Positions 1 through 9,938 are shown, counted from the stretch's first letter. The stretch is 64,000 nt of DNA from Desulfobacterales bacterium (GCA_046483495.1 JAWODC010000067.1:64001-128000), one strand, 5' to 3'. The notes: generated by a model not told the origin, from the letters alone. Numbers and translations are program-made.

Positions 1-80
1 AGCACAACGCCGAAATTTACAATGAGCTGAGAATATCGAAAGAAGAAATACTTCTATTAAAGCAGGCCGGAACGATTTAG
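1..80 (+). CDS. 3' end of a family III CoA-transferase (partial, starts before the window)
   Basis: Frame from nt 3 reads HNAEIYNELRISKEEILLLKQAGTI*, resembling the C-terminus of the CoA-transferase at 37476..38741 (EHNQEIYREELGFTKNDMQAMKKAAII); lies just upstream of another family III gene. Confidence 0.75.
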   Translation, partial: HNAEIYNELRISKEEILLLKQAGTI

Positions 81-141
81 CCGGAGTTTTAATTTCTCGA
101 TGGAAACCGGTCAACATCCGATTCGATTTGGAGAACGACTT

Positions 142-1401
142 GTGGAACAGCAAACACATACATCGATTTTCAGCGGCATACGAATCCTGGATTTCGGAAT
201 GGCGGCGACGGTTCCGCTTGCCATGACCTGGATGGGCGATTTCGGGGCTACCGTCATAAAGATCGAGAGCCATTTAAGGCCCGATATTTCCCGAGCGGGG
301 GGGCCGTTCTATCAGGCGCGGATGGGGGAACTCGAGCAAAACGGATGGCAGCAGTGGCTCAATTCCAGCAAATACAGCATGACCCTGAATCTTTCCAAAC
401 CTGAGGGAAGAGAACTGGTTCTTCGCATAATCCGGGATTGGCGGCCTCACATTATAGCAGAATCTTTCAGACCCGGCGTGATGAAAAAATTCGGGCTCGA
501 TTACGAAAGCATTTGCCGCATCAAACCGGACATCATTTATTGGAGCACCTGTCTGGAAGGGCAGTACGGTCCACATTCCCGTCGGCTGGGGTACGGAACG
601 GTAAGTACAAACCTGTCGGGTGCCAGTTACCTGGCCGGATGGCCGGATCGGCCTCCCGCGGGTATGCCTCTTGCTTACGGCGATTTTTCGGCCACCGGAA
701 CCGGTCTGTTGACTCTGGTGAGCGCCCTGATCCGCTGGAAAAAAACAGGTAAAGGCGTGCACATCGACCAGTCACAATACGAGGTCAATGTGCATGTCCT
801 CGCCGGAGTGATCATGGAATATCTTGTGAACGGCAGGGTCATGAATCGGAACGGCAACCGTCTCCCATATGCCGCTCCCCACGGTGTGTTCCCCTGCCGG
901 GGTGAAGACCGGTGGGTGGCCGTTTCCGTATTTACAGAAGATGAATGGCGCCGATTCGGTGATGTTCTGGGAAACCCCGAGTGGGTGAAAGACCCAAAAT
1001 TTTCGACACTTTTTCTGCGCAAACGCCATGAAGACGATCTGGAGGATCATATTTCCCAGTGGACTGCCGGCTATGATGCCCATACGGTCGAGAAGATGAT
1101 GCAGGAGAACGGAATTGCCGCAAACGTGGTGGAGACGGGAAAGGATATTTACGAAGACCCCCAGTTGGCGCACTACGGCCACTTTCGGGAATTGGACCAT
1201 CCGGAAATCGGAAAAATCAGAAGCGAGATTCCTCCCTTCAAGTTCTCGAAATCCGCGGACCGGCATTTCAGAGCCCCATTGCTTGGAGAGCACAATCATT
1301 ATGTCCTTTCCGAGCTTCTCGGGATGTCTGATGACGAGATATCCGACTTGTATGCCGACGGCGTGATTACGACGGATGCGGATCTCCCGGGCCAGGGCTG
1401 A
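142..1401 (+). CDS. Family III CoA-transferase (CaiB/BaiF)
   Basis: GIRILDF, GATVIKIES, ESFRPGVM..FGLDY, catalytic-region AYGDF and APLLGEHN; GTG at 142 follows GGAGA (ORF track starts at 100). Confidence 0.92.
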   Translation: MEQQTHTSIFSGIRILDFGMAATVPLAMTWMGDFGATVIKIESHLRPDISRAGGPFYQARMGELEQNGWQQWLNSSKYSMTLNLSKPEGRELVLRIIRDWRPHIIAESFRPGVMKKFGLDYESICRIKPDIIYWSTCLEGQYGPHSRRLGYGTVSTNLSGASYLAGWPDRPPAGMPLAYGDFSATGTGLLTLVSALIRWKKTGKGVHIDQSQYEVNVHVLAGVIMEYLVNGRVMNRNGNRLPYAAPHGVFPCRGEDRWVAVSVFTEDEWRRFGDVLGNPEWVKDPKFSTLFLRKRHEDDLEDHISQWTAGYDAHTVEKMMQENGIAANVVETGKDIYEDPQLAHYGHFRELDHPEIGKIRSEIPPFKFSKSADRHFRAPLLGEHNHYVLSELLGMSDDEISDLYADGVITTDADLPGQG

Positions 1402-1426
1402 TTCCGGGCATCGATGATCGGATCAT

Positions 1427-2689
1427 TTACTCGGCCAGGTAGTATGCAAGCTCCTTGGTCAGCGCGGCAAGATCGTCCAGATAAACGAATTCATCGGATG
1501 AATGCGCGGTGAGGTCCGACCCCCTGCTGCCGGCCCCAAAGCACGCGATATCCGCGGACTGCGGCTTCAGCGCTTCGATTACGAATCCCAAATCGCTGGA
1601 GCCGCTGAAGCCCCCGAAAATAAATTCATCATACCCGTACACAGCCTTAGCCGCCGCCAGTTTCTTTTTTACGGCAAAGCTGTCCGGGTTTATAACAACC
1701 GGTGGATAGCAGTGCACCGTTTCGATTTTCATATCGATGAGCCGCGTTTTACGTTGGCTGTTTTTTACCGCGTTTTCCACTTCCGAGATGACATCTTCCA
1801 AGCGTTCGTCCGGCAAATACCTCCGGTTGATGGTGAGCGTACATTCGCTGGGAACGATGTTTTCCTTGACACCCCCGTGCATCATGTTCAGGTTGAACAT
1901 GGGGGTCATCCTTTCGAACGGGCATCCGGGAATCGGCAGGGCCGGAATTCCGGACAGGCGCTGCTCAACCTGCTTCTTCAGCGCAATCAGTTCGTTTAAA
2001 ACAGGAACGAACTCTTCAATGGCGTTCACACCCAGGTAGTTGAGCCCGGAATGGCAGCTTCTGCCCACGCTCGTGATATCGAACCGAATGGCACCGGCCA
2101 ATCCCGTAAAAACGGCCGGATCCAGGGATCCGATCTCGAGCCACAAGATATGCGGTGAGAAATACCCCTCTTCTGCAAGATAACGCGCTCCCGGATACAC
2201 GCCGATTTCCTCATCGGTGCACAGGCAGCACCGTACGGAATAGGCGGGTTCGGTTCCCGTCTCGTGCAGGGCCTTTAGTGCGCCCAAAAAACAGGCGGTC
2301 GCCCCCTTCATATCCACTGCACCCCGGCCGTACAGTTTGCCGTCGACGATTTCTCCACCGAAGGGATCGCGGGTCCATGGCTCTTCGACAGGTACGACAT
2401 CCATATGGGCATACGCCGTAACCGGCGGTTTGCCGTTTTGACGGGTGGCCACCAGGTTCACCCGTTCACCGGAGAGATTCCATGGCATCAGGTTCACCTT
2501 TTCTTCCGGTACAATAATTTTTTGGGTGGTGAAGCCGAATTTTTCGAATTCCGGCGCCACAAGGTCGACAAAGTCGCCGTAATGCCGACCCGGCGGCACG
2601 GACGTGTCAACGGCGATCATGCGTTTTAGAACATCGATGACATACGGGAGATTGCGGTCGATATGGGAGAATAACGTCTTATGATCCAT
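1427..2689 (-). CDS. M20 family metallohydrolase (ArgE/DapE-like deacylase)
   Basis: AHMDVVP, LYGRGAVDMKG, TDEEIG and AHSSDE metal-ligand motifs; start trimmed to MDHKTLF. Confidence 0.9.
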   Translation of the reverse strand: MDHKTLFSHIDRNLPYVIDVLKRMIAVDTSVPPGRHYGDFVDLVAPEFEKFGFTTQKIIVPEEKVNLMPWNLSGERVNLVATRQNGKPPVTAYAHMDVVPVEEPWTRDPFGGEIVDGKLYGRGAVDMKGATACFLGALKALHETGTEPAYSVRCCLCTDEEIGVYPGARYLAEEGYFSPHILWLEIGSLDPAVFTGLAGAIRFDITSVGRSCHSGLNYLGVNAIEEFVPVLNELIALKKQVEQRLSGIPALPIPGCPFERMTPMFNLNMMHGGVKENIVPSECTLTINRRYLPDERLEDVISEVENAVKNSQRKTRLIDMKIETVHCYPPVVINPDSFAVKKKLAAAKAVYGYDEFIFGGFSGSSDLGFVIEALKPQSADIACFGAGSRGSDLTAHSSDEFVYLDDLAALTKELAYYLAE

Positions 2690-2711
2690 CCTGGTTTTCC
2701 TTTTTTTTGAA

Positions 2712-3554
2712 TCAAACCTTCTTCTTGACGGCCTGGGGTATGCCGCCGGGGTCAACGGGAATACCGAACAGCTTTTCATTGTGGCTATGGCATACCTGAT
2801 GCAGCCCGAATACGGCATCGATAGCCTGCTGCTGTCCTGCAATATCCTGGGAATAATTGACTGCTTTTTTGGCCGTTTTCAAGGCAAATAGCGGCTTTTC
2901 AGCAATTTTTTTGGCCATATCCAGTGTAACGTTCTCCAGGTCGTCGTTGGCGACCACATGGTTGACCATCCCAAGCCGGTAGGCTTCCTGTGCCGTCCAC
3001 CAGTCGGCCGTAAACAGGAACTCCTTGGCTTTGCGGGGACCGAGCTCATAAGGGTGCATAAAAAATTCAACGCCGCATACCCCCATATTGACCACCGGGT
3101 CACAGAAAAGGGCATCTTCCCCGGCAATGATGATGTCGCAGGCCCATGCAAGCATCAGCCCACCGGCCATGCATTTGCCGAAAACCTGAGCAATGGTGGG
3201 CTTAGCAAGGTTGCGCCAACGCCGTACCATCTCCAGGTAAATTTCGTTTTCACGGGAATAGCGTCCGTGGGCTCCCCCGTTATCGAAACCGGCCCAGGTT
3301 CCGACAACCGGAAAATCGTTTTTGAGCGCCTTGCCCCCGTCCCCTGCGAGATCATGACCCGACGAAAAATGGGGCGGGCTGCCTGTGAGGATGATGACCT
3401 TGATCTCATCATCCAGGTTGGCCCGGCCAAACGCCTCGTTCAGTTCATAGGTCATCTGCAGATTCTGGGCGTTCCGCGTCTTCGGGCGGTTCATTACAAC
3501 CCTTGCGACACCCGGGGTTGGATTTTCGTAAATGATCGTTTCAAATTCCTCCAT
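2712..3554 (-). CDS. Enoyl-CoA hydratase/isomerase (crotonase superfamily)
   Basis: MNRPKTRNA, FSSGHDL, KPTIAQVFG..MAGGLMLAWACD and EAYRLGMVNHVV. Confidence 0.92.
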   Translation of the reverse strand: MEEFETIIYENPTPGVARVVMNRPKTRNAQNLQMTYELNEAFGRANLDDEIKVIILTGSPPHFSSGHDLAGDGGKALKNDFPVVGTWAGFDNGGAHGRYSRENEIYLEMVRRWRNLAKPTIAQVFGKCMAGGLMLAWACDIIIAGEDALFCDPVVNMGVCGVEFFMHPYELGPRKAKEFLFTADWWTAQEAYRLGMVNHVVANDDLENVTLDMAKKIAEKPLFALKTAKKAVNYSQDIAGQQQAIDAVFGLHQVCHSHNEKLFGIPVDPGGIPQAVKKKV

Positions 3555-3566
3555 TTTGTGCTCCTC

Positions 3567-4874
3567 TTATTTGGAATGCTGCTGTCCTGAAAGCTGATAG
3601 GAAAACCATTCCGACATAACCAGGGCGGGCTTTTCGCCGTTGCCCGATGGTGCGTCTTTTTGCCAGAATCGGACCCTCATGGTCAGCTCGTTCATGTCAT
3701 ATACCACCTGCCATAAGGGCCTGTAGGTCATGGATGGTCCGTCCGGATCGGCCAGCGGCCCTCTTGGAAAAACCCGTTCGGTTGCCGCGACCATCTCCGA
3801 TTCCGAATATTCACCGTCATGATCGGCAATGATGCCGGAAAGAATGCGGTACCGGTTCATCGAATCATAGGGATCGTCATACGTCTTGGGAAACTCAGAA
3901 AGGGGGGGAAGCGACCAAACCGGGCTGTTGGTCATGATATGCGGTTTGCCTTCACCGTTCTGAATGTAGGCTTGACTGTCCAATGGGTTGATTTCAAAAA
4001 TAAATGAATTTCCTTTTGCATCTCCGACCAGGTAGTGAATGCCGGCCACGAAATCGTAGACCTTGTTGGTCAGCAGCGCGATTTTGGCTTCTTCACAATC
4101 CCGAGCGGTTTCCAGAACCATCCGCATCGTCTGAGTCGGGTGCAGGCCGATGACCCGGTTTCCTGAAGGCGGGATCAGGGCTTTGGGGCGACCCTGATCC
4201 ACCAACCCGTATATGGTCAGGCCGTGTTCATTCATGCCGTCCCAGGGCCCGCTCAAAATCTCGGCGGCGCCGATGTAAATGGCGGCATACCCGTCATCGG
4301 GATAGGATTCGACAATGTATATGTCGCCGAAAATATCGGGTTCACCGTCTTGCCGGGGTTTTCCAAGAAGTTGACTGATGCTGCCGGTGGAAAAATCCAT
4401 ATTGCGGACGGCCATGCAGTTTCCGGACGAGGTATGTTCGCCCGGAAAGTATATCATGGAGCAGCCGAATTCTCCCACACTGTACGCGATGGAGGTGGGG
4501 TCCACCCCGGGCTCATCGGTCTGCCTGCCATAAGCTTCCAATGCACCCCTGGAGCGTTCCAGCAGTTGGGGATAGTTCTTTTCCAGATAGGCATATCGGG
4601 CCTTGCCGTATATCGGGTCCGGGTTTTCCGCCAGGCTGACCTGATAGCGCTCCTTGGCGATCTGCGCGAGTTTTTGACCGATTTCCCGCTGTGTTCCCGT
4701 CAGTCGGAGGTGTCGAACGCAGGGAAAGCTTTCCGGACTTTTTTCCATAACAGTGGTTTCATAACAAGTCGAGCCCGTGTGAGTGCCTTTTTCCAGGGCC
4801 GGCACCGTTGCCGGAAAGATAAGCCCGGCAAACAGAATCAACGAGAACATGAAAATGCGTATTCTGGGGATCAT
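3567..4874 (-). CDS. Exported C45-family Ntn-hydrolase (autoproteolytic acylase/acyltransferase)
   Basis: Hydrophobic N-terminal signal ending VPA; G-CSMIY nucleophile site; RNMDF, DGMNEHGL, HYLVGD and MTN motifs. Confidence 0.8.
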   Translation of the reverse strand: MIPRIRIFMFSLILFAGLIFPATVPALEKGTHTGSTCYETTVMEKSPESFPCVRHLRLTGTQREIGQKLAQIAKERYQVSLAENPDPIYGKARYAYLEKNYPQLLERSRGALEAYGRQTDEPGVDPTSIAYSVGEFGCSMIYFPGEHTSSGNCMAVRNMDFSTGSISQLLGKPRQDGEPDIFGDIYIVESYPDDGYAAIYIGAAEILSGPWDGMNEHGLTIYGLVDQGRPKALIPPSGNRVIGLHPTQTMRMVLETARDCEEAKIALLTNKVYDFVAGIHYLVGDAKGNSFIFEINPLDSQAYIQNGEGKPHIMTNSPVWSLPPLSEFPKTYDDPYDSMNRYRILSGIIADHDGEYSESEMVAATERVFPRGPLADPDGPSMTYRPLWQVVYDMNELTMRVRFWQKDAPSGNGEKPALVMSEWFSYQLSGQQHSK

Positions 4875-5133
4875 GGTATTCCTCCTGCTGATGGTTGATG
4901 AAAAAGGTCTGCCGTTTCAATTGGATAAACGGGCAAAATAGAAGGAAACGACACCATGTTTTATACCATCGATTTGCGGAGTTGACCACTTTTTTGGCTG
5001 AAAGAATCGATTTTTGCGAAATAATCCCCAAAAGAGAACCAGGCAAATTTTTAAGGCATCATTGACATTAGGGAACATTTCAGTAGATATAAAGGCTGCG
5101 AGCGGATGAGGATATGAAAGGAAGGGCGAGACA

Positions 5134-5715
5134 GTGAATCTGGAAAACGTAAAGAAAATGTTAGGCGATCGATTCAGCTTTGCGGCCGATGATGTATACA
5201 CCGCAATCCAATCGGTGAAATTGCCGGAATCCGCGTATGTTTTGGACGTCGGGACGGGAATCGGGAATATGGCCATTATGCTGGCCCTGCATGGTTATCA
5301 GGTTGTGACCGGAGAACCGGCAGGCGATGATTCGGTCTATGCGGGGCAGGACTGGCAGGCCAACGCCGTCAAGGCCGGTGTTCGCCGGCTGATCCGGTTT
5401 GAGCCGTTCGATGCCGTGAATATGCCCTTCGAGAAAAACGCGTTCGACGGCGTTTTCGCTTTAGGTTCTCTCCACCATGTCTTGCCGGAAAACCGTTTCG
5501 ACGTCATGCGGGAGTGTGTTCGGACGGCAAAAGCCGGGGCTTGCATATGTTTCCTGGAGCCCCGGGAAAAACTGATTCGAATGATACAGCAGCGGGATCC
5601 GGCACATCCTCCTGCAGCGGATCCCTCCGATTACATCAAGGGGCTTCACCTGAATTCCATGTCAACAACCGGCAAACTGTTTCACATGTATTTTTTTAAA
5701 ACAAATAATGCGTGA
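5134..5715 (+). CDS. Class I SAM-dependent methyltransferase
   Basis: VLDVGTGIG motif I; DAVNMPF..NAFDGV; LHHV. Confidence 0.88.
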   Translation: MNLENVKKMLGDRFSFAADDVYTAIQSVKLPESAYVLDVGTGIGNMAIMLALHGYQVVTGEPAGDDSVYAGQDWQANAVKAGVRRLIRFEPFDAVNMPFEKNAFDGVFALGSLHHVLPENRFDVMRECVRTAKAGACICFLEPREKLIRMIQQRDPAHPPAADPSDYIKGLHLNSMSTTGKLFHMYFFKTNNA

Positions 5716-5734
5716 GGCGGGAAGGAGGGCAACC

Positions 5735-6544
5735 GTGATTATCGGCATCAATATCGGGAGAACGACAACCTATCTTGTGGGTTACGACGGCAAGCGAATG
5801 ATTCACCCGATAATGGTAAAATCGGATGATCCTGTCGCTTCCGCAGCCGGCGCACTGGGAAAGTTTTTATTCGAGAACGATTTCAAACCCTCGGATCTCG
5901 AACGGATTGCGTTGACAGGAATAGGTGCCGAGAAGATCGGTGATACCCTGCTTGGCCTTCCGGTCGAGTATATCAATGAGTTCGAGGCCATCGGCCGCGG
6001 CGGTACATTTCTTTCAAAAATTCCCAAAGCCATCGTCGTGGGTATGGGAACCGGAACGGCAATGGTGGAGGTGGATTCGGATAAAACGATCAACCACTGG
6101 GGCGGTTCAGGAATCGGTGGCGGAACGCTGGTCGGATTATCGAAGTACATGTTGGGTATTACAGACATTTCGCTGTTGATGAAGAAGGCGGAAAAGGGCA
6201 GATTGGATAGGGTGGACCTCAGTGTGGGCGATATCGCCACGTCGGAAATCATCGGCCTTCCCGATACATTGACGGCTTCCAATTTCGGCAAATGTTCGGA
6301 TGATGCTACGGAAAATGACCGGGCTCTGGCCATCATTTTTCTCGTTTACCAGACGATCGGCATCGTGTCCGCCGGAGCGGCGAGGGCTACAAACAACACC
6401 AAAATTATTCTTACCGGAAGGCTGGCCATTCTGCCGCCTGCGAGGCGCATTTTCGATGATATGGCGCGATTTTCAGGCATGAATTATATTATACCGCGGT
6501 TGGCTGAGTATGCGACGGCTGTAGGGGCTTCCATATCCATATAA
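5735..6544 (+). CDS. Type II pantothenate kinase homologue (CoaW/Fumble-like ASKHA kinase)
   Basis: LTGIGA, NEFEAIGRGG, GMGTGT, GGSGIGGGTLVGL, DLSVGDI and TASNFGK; GTG start at 5735 after GGAGG; N-terminal motif atypical. Confidence 0.8.
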   Translation: MIIGINIGRTTTYLVGYDGKRMIHPIMVKSDDPVASAAGALGKFLFENDFKPSDLERIALTGIGAEKIGDTLLGLPVEYINEFEAIGRGGTFLSKIPKAIVVGMGTGTAMVEVDSDKTINHWGGSGIGGGTLVGLSKYMLGITDISLLMKKAEKGRLDRVDLSVGDIATSEIIGLPDTLTASNFGKCSDDATENDRALAIIFLVYQTIGIVSAGAARATNNTKIILTGRLAILPPARRIFDDMARFSGMNYIIPRLAEYATAVGASISI

Positions 6545-6648
6545 TGTCCATCCAGAAGCGGCATCTTTCGGCCCGGAGCGGCGTTTTCGCCTTTTTGGAA
6601 TCCTCAAAATAGTAGACTATTCCTGCGGTTCACGAACAACTGCGAAAC
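6544..6648 (+). repeat. Truncated/degenerate copy of the ~143-bp palindromic repeat
   Basis: ATGTCCATCCAGAAGCGGC left end, GCGTT and core AATCCTCAAAATAGTAGACTATTCCTGCGGTT at 6599..6630; right terminal repeat missing. Confidence 0.75.
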
Positions 6649-6663
6649 AACGGAATTGCAAAG

Positions 6664-6873
6664 ATGAATGATTCAATCGAAGCCAAGTTGAAGCAGGAAA
6701 TCGATAAAATAGCAGCGGATGTAAAACAGATCATGGCGAGGGTGGAGGAAATCTATCCATCCCGAAAACCCGAAGCGGTATCCGATGCAAGCGAGACCGA
6801 GCGTGATGACGAAAATGCGGACGGCCCCGAATCGGGTGAAGAAAGCGTTGAAAAATCAAATACTTCCGATTGA
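6664..6873 (+). CDS. Small hypothetical protein (coiled-coil N-terminus, acidic tail)
   Basis: 69-aa ORF with amphipathic helix pattern filling an intergenic gap; no family recognised. Confidence 0.55.
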   Translation: MNDSIEAKLKQEIDKIAADVKQIMARVEEIYPSRKPEAVSDASETERDDENADGPESGEESVEKSNTSD

Positions 6874-7139
6874 ACCCTGAGCAAGTCCAAAGCAATAGTG
6901 TGAGCCGGTTATCGAGCGAAACGGCTCTTTTTCCGAATCGCAACAAACTCTCCATAATTGCAGGCCATCTCAAAATAAGGCAAAACCGCATGCTTTTCGG
7001 CCAATGCAGAAATGATTGGTGCCAACCGGTTTCGGACTTCCGGTCAGGCACCCTGCACCTCTAAATTATTGCAGGATAAAGCTGCTTGTGCTATCAGGCC
7101 TCTATTTGCCCAATCGGTATGAATATAAAGGAGCAGCAG

Positions 7140-8126
7140 ATGAAAGCGATCATAACGGGCATCAGTCATTTTGTCCCGGAACATACATTGACGAACCATG
7201 ATCTGGAACACATGGTCGAGACCAATGACGAATGGATCAGAACGAGGACCGGCATTAAGGAAAGAAGAATCCTCCCGAAGGATCTCGGTACATCCTACAT
7301 GGCGGCGAATGCCGCACAATCGGTTTTACGCAAAACAGGCACATCGCCTGATGATCTGGACCTGATTATCGTCGCAACCGTAACTCCGGATATGATGTTC
7401 CCCAATACGGCGGCACTGGTGCAAAAGGAAATCAAGGCCGGTAACTGCTGGGGGTTCGATTTGAGCGCCGGATGTTCGGGATTCGTATATGCAATGGCAA
7501 CAGGATCGCAGTTTATCGAAAGCGGACGGCACAGAAAAGTCATGGTGATCGGTGCGGATAAAATGAGTGCGATTGTCAATTACGAGGATCGCAACACCTG
7601 TGTGCTGTTCGGAGATGCCGCCGGTGCCGTATTGCTTGAACCTTCATCGGATGATGAATACGGAATAACCGACTTTTCACTCCGACTGGATGGCGAAGGC
7701 GCTGATTCGTTGAACATGCCGGCAGGGGGCAGTTTGATGCCCGCCTCTTACGAAACGGTAAAGAACAAACTGCATTTTCTTTATCAGGACGGCAGGACCG
7801 TTTTTAAACACGCGGTTACACGTATGGCCGGCATAACCGCCTCTTTGCTGGAAAAAAATCGGATAAACAGACAAAATATTAAAGCGTTCATTCCCCATCA
7901 GGCAAACCTTCGCATCATCGACGCCGTTGCCAAAAAAATCGATCTCGATTCGGATCAGGTTATCATCAATATCGAGAAATACGGAAACACCACGGCCGCA
8001 ACGATTCCTCTGGCAATGTCCGAGGCCCATGAAAACGGCGTGTTTCAACCGGGCGATTGGGTGATCATGGCGGCATTCGGCGCCGGATATACCTCCGGAA
8101 GCCTGCTGCTGAAATGGGCGATATAG
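7140..8126 (+). CDS. fabH: Beta-ketoacyl-ACP synthase III
   Basis: WIRTRTGIKERR; Cys-His-Asn triad in AGCSGF, PHQAN and YGNT; FGAG; ATG 7140 after AAGGAG. Confidence 0.95.
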   Translation: MKAIITGISHFVPEHTLTNHDLEHMVETNDEWIRTRTGIKERRILPKDLGTSYMAANAAQSVLRKTGTSPDDLDLIIVATVTPDMMFPNTAALVQKEIKAGNCWGFDLSAGCSGFVYAMATGSQFIESGRHRKVMVIGADKMSAIVNYEDRNTCVLFGDAAGAVLLEPSSDDEYGITDFSLRLDGEGADSLNMPAGGSLMPASYETVKNKLHFLYQDGRTVFKHAVTRMAGITASLLEKNRINRQNIKAFIPHQANLRIIDAVAKKIDLDSDQVIINIEKYGNTTAATIPLAMSEAHENGVFQPGDWVIMAAFGAGYTSGSLLLKWAI

Positions 8127-8141
8127 AAGATGCAGCGATCG

Positions 8142-9938
8142 TCAATAATAATACCAGATCGATTTGTAGTCATCCGGATTTTCGCCGATCTCCCGCAATC
8201 GTTGTAAGTAATTGTAAATCGGCACATCCTCATGAAGATAGGTCTGGGCCAGTTCGAGTTTTTTCTCCCACGGATGGAATTCATAAACCCGGCGGCCGTT
8301 GGGAAGGATCGATATGATATCATGATGCTGACCGGCGCGCAGATAATTTTTTCCCAGACGGGGGAGGTTGAACACGATTTCATCGGTGCGCACCGTGCCG
8401 GGGAATAAACGGGCTTCTTCTTTTTGCTCCTGCAGCAGCCGGGCGATGGGGACCCTGAAGTCGTCTGTTTCCTCTTTGCCCTTGGTGCTGAATGTGTAAT
8501 ACGGTGTAACGCCGATCAGCCGTAAGGTCTGCCGGAGGAGGCACGCTTCGAATTTTCGCGAGTTAAAGAACGTATAGACGAGCTGATTATAAACATCTAT
8601 GCCGCAAAGGCGGAATTTCTGAACCGCCTGCATGGCTTCCGGCGTAATTTCGTACGGATGTTCAAAATGGGTGACGATAACCACTTCACGTTTTCCGGGG
8701 ACATGATAACGAGCGATATCGCCGGCCAGTTTATCGGTGATCCTCATGGGAAGGGTGACCGGTGTTCTGGTGCCGATTCGAACCCGTTGAACGTGGTCGA
8801 TTTCCGAAATATGTTTCATCATGTCCCTGAGTCTGTTGTCGGACAGGATAAACGGGTCTCCACCCGTGATCAATACTTCATGAATCTCAGGCGTTTCACT
8901 GATCCAGGCGATGGCTTTTTGAAGCTTGTCCTTTGAAATAGCCACATCCGGGGCGGTGACATCTTTAATTTCCCAGTTTCTCTGGCAATAAACACAAATT
9001 TGAGGACAGGAGATCACCGGCTTCAAAATAACGATGCCTGGATAACGCCTCGTAATGCCGTCGATCGGAGAAGTGTCATGCTCCTGCATGAAATCCATCA
9101 AATGGCGGTTTTCGCGAAGCGCTTTCATTTTTCGGACATAATGCATTGTCGGGATAACCTGAGCCCTGACGGCGTAATCGTTGACCCTTTTCGAGTCCCG
9201 ATCCATCAATGACAGGTAATAAGGGGTTATGCCGAACGGGATTTTAAATTCGGAAGCCGATTTTACGGCCCGGTATTCGTCCTCTGTGAGATCGATGAGG
9301 TCGGCAAGTGCTTCGGCGTTTCGAACGGCATGCCCCATTTGCCAGTTCCAGCTTTCCCACTGGGCGGCATCGGCATTGAAATAACTCAGGATGCGGCGCT
9401 TATTTCGTCGTCTGCGGGCAATGACATGCTTTTCCAGTCCATTCGAGTAGGTCCCCATTCGTTTGTCTGCAGCCCGCATCATTCGGGAGAGATCCTCGGA
9501 ACGCAGTTTTGCCGCTTTTCGGCCTGAGTGTTTTTGGAATGTGAGGGTTTTGCCGGAATAAATTCCTGATTTTAGAAAAATTCCTTTGATCAAGTGGTAC
9601 ACTTCAGCCAAGAATCCCGGTGAAGGTTCCGGCAGATCCTTTGAATCCGGTCGGTTTAACAAGTCATCGATGTACTGCAAAAAACTGTAGCCCGCCGCCT
9701 CCTCGTTTCGAACCGTCAGTATATTTTTCAAGACATTGATGGCATCCCGCGCCAGGATCCATTCCAATCGGGGAGTATCCATTTCTCGATCGTACGTTTT
9801 TAACGATATTCTATCCAGCAGGTGCATGATTTGAATTCTCTTCGAATCCAGCGAATCGGTGGATAGGAATATATGCTTCAGCTCTGGAGAAAGCTCCAAT
9901 ACATCCAATATCCGCCTTCCGGCTCTGTCTGTTTTCAT
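8142..9938 (-). CDS. KamA-family radical SAM/PLP aminomutase with long N-terminal extension
   Basis: ITPYYLSL, ITRRYP, CPQICVYCQR, VLITGGDP, RIGTRTPV, THFEHPYE and PLP-lysine-equivalent LGK. Confidence 0.9.
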   Translation of the reverse strand: MKTDRAGRRILDVLELSPELKHIFLSTDSLDSKRIQIMHLLDRISLKTYDREMDTPRLEWILARDAINVLKNILTVRNEEAAGYSFLQYIDDLLNRPDSKDLPEPSPGFLAEVYHLIKGIFLKSGIYSGKTLTFQKHSGRKAAKLRSEDLSRMMRAADKRMGTYSNGLEKHVIARRRRNKRRILSYFNADAAQWESWNWQMGHAVRNAEALADLIDLTEDEYRAVKSASEFKIPFGITPYYLSLMDRDSKRVNDYAVRAQVIPTMHYVRKMKALRENRHLMDFMQEHDTSPIDGITRRYPGIVILKPVISCPQICVYCQRNWEIKDVTAPDVAISKDKLQKAIAWISETPEIHEVLITGGDPFILSDNRLRDMMKHISEIDHVQRVRIGTRTPVTLPMRITDKLAGDIARYHVPGKREVVIVTHFEHPYEITPEAMQAVQKFRLCGIDVYNQLVYTFFNSRKFEACLLRQTLRLIGVTPYYTFSTKGKEETDDFRVPIARLLQEQKEEARLFPGTVRTDEIVFNLPRLGKNYLRAGQHHDIISILPNGRRVYEFHPWEKKLELAQTYLHEDVPIYNYLQRLREIGENPDDYKSIWYYY

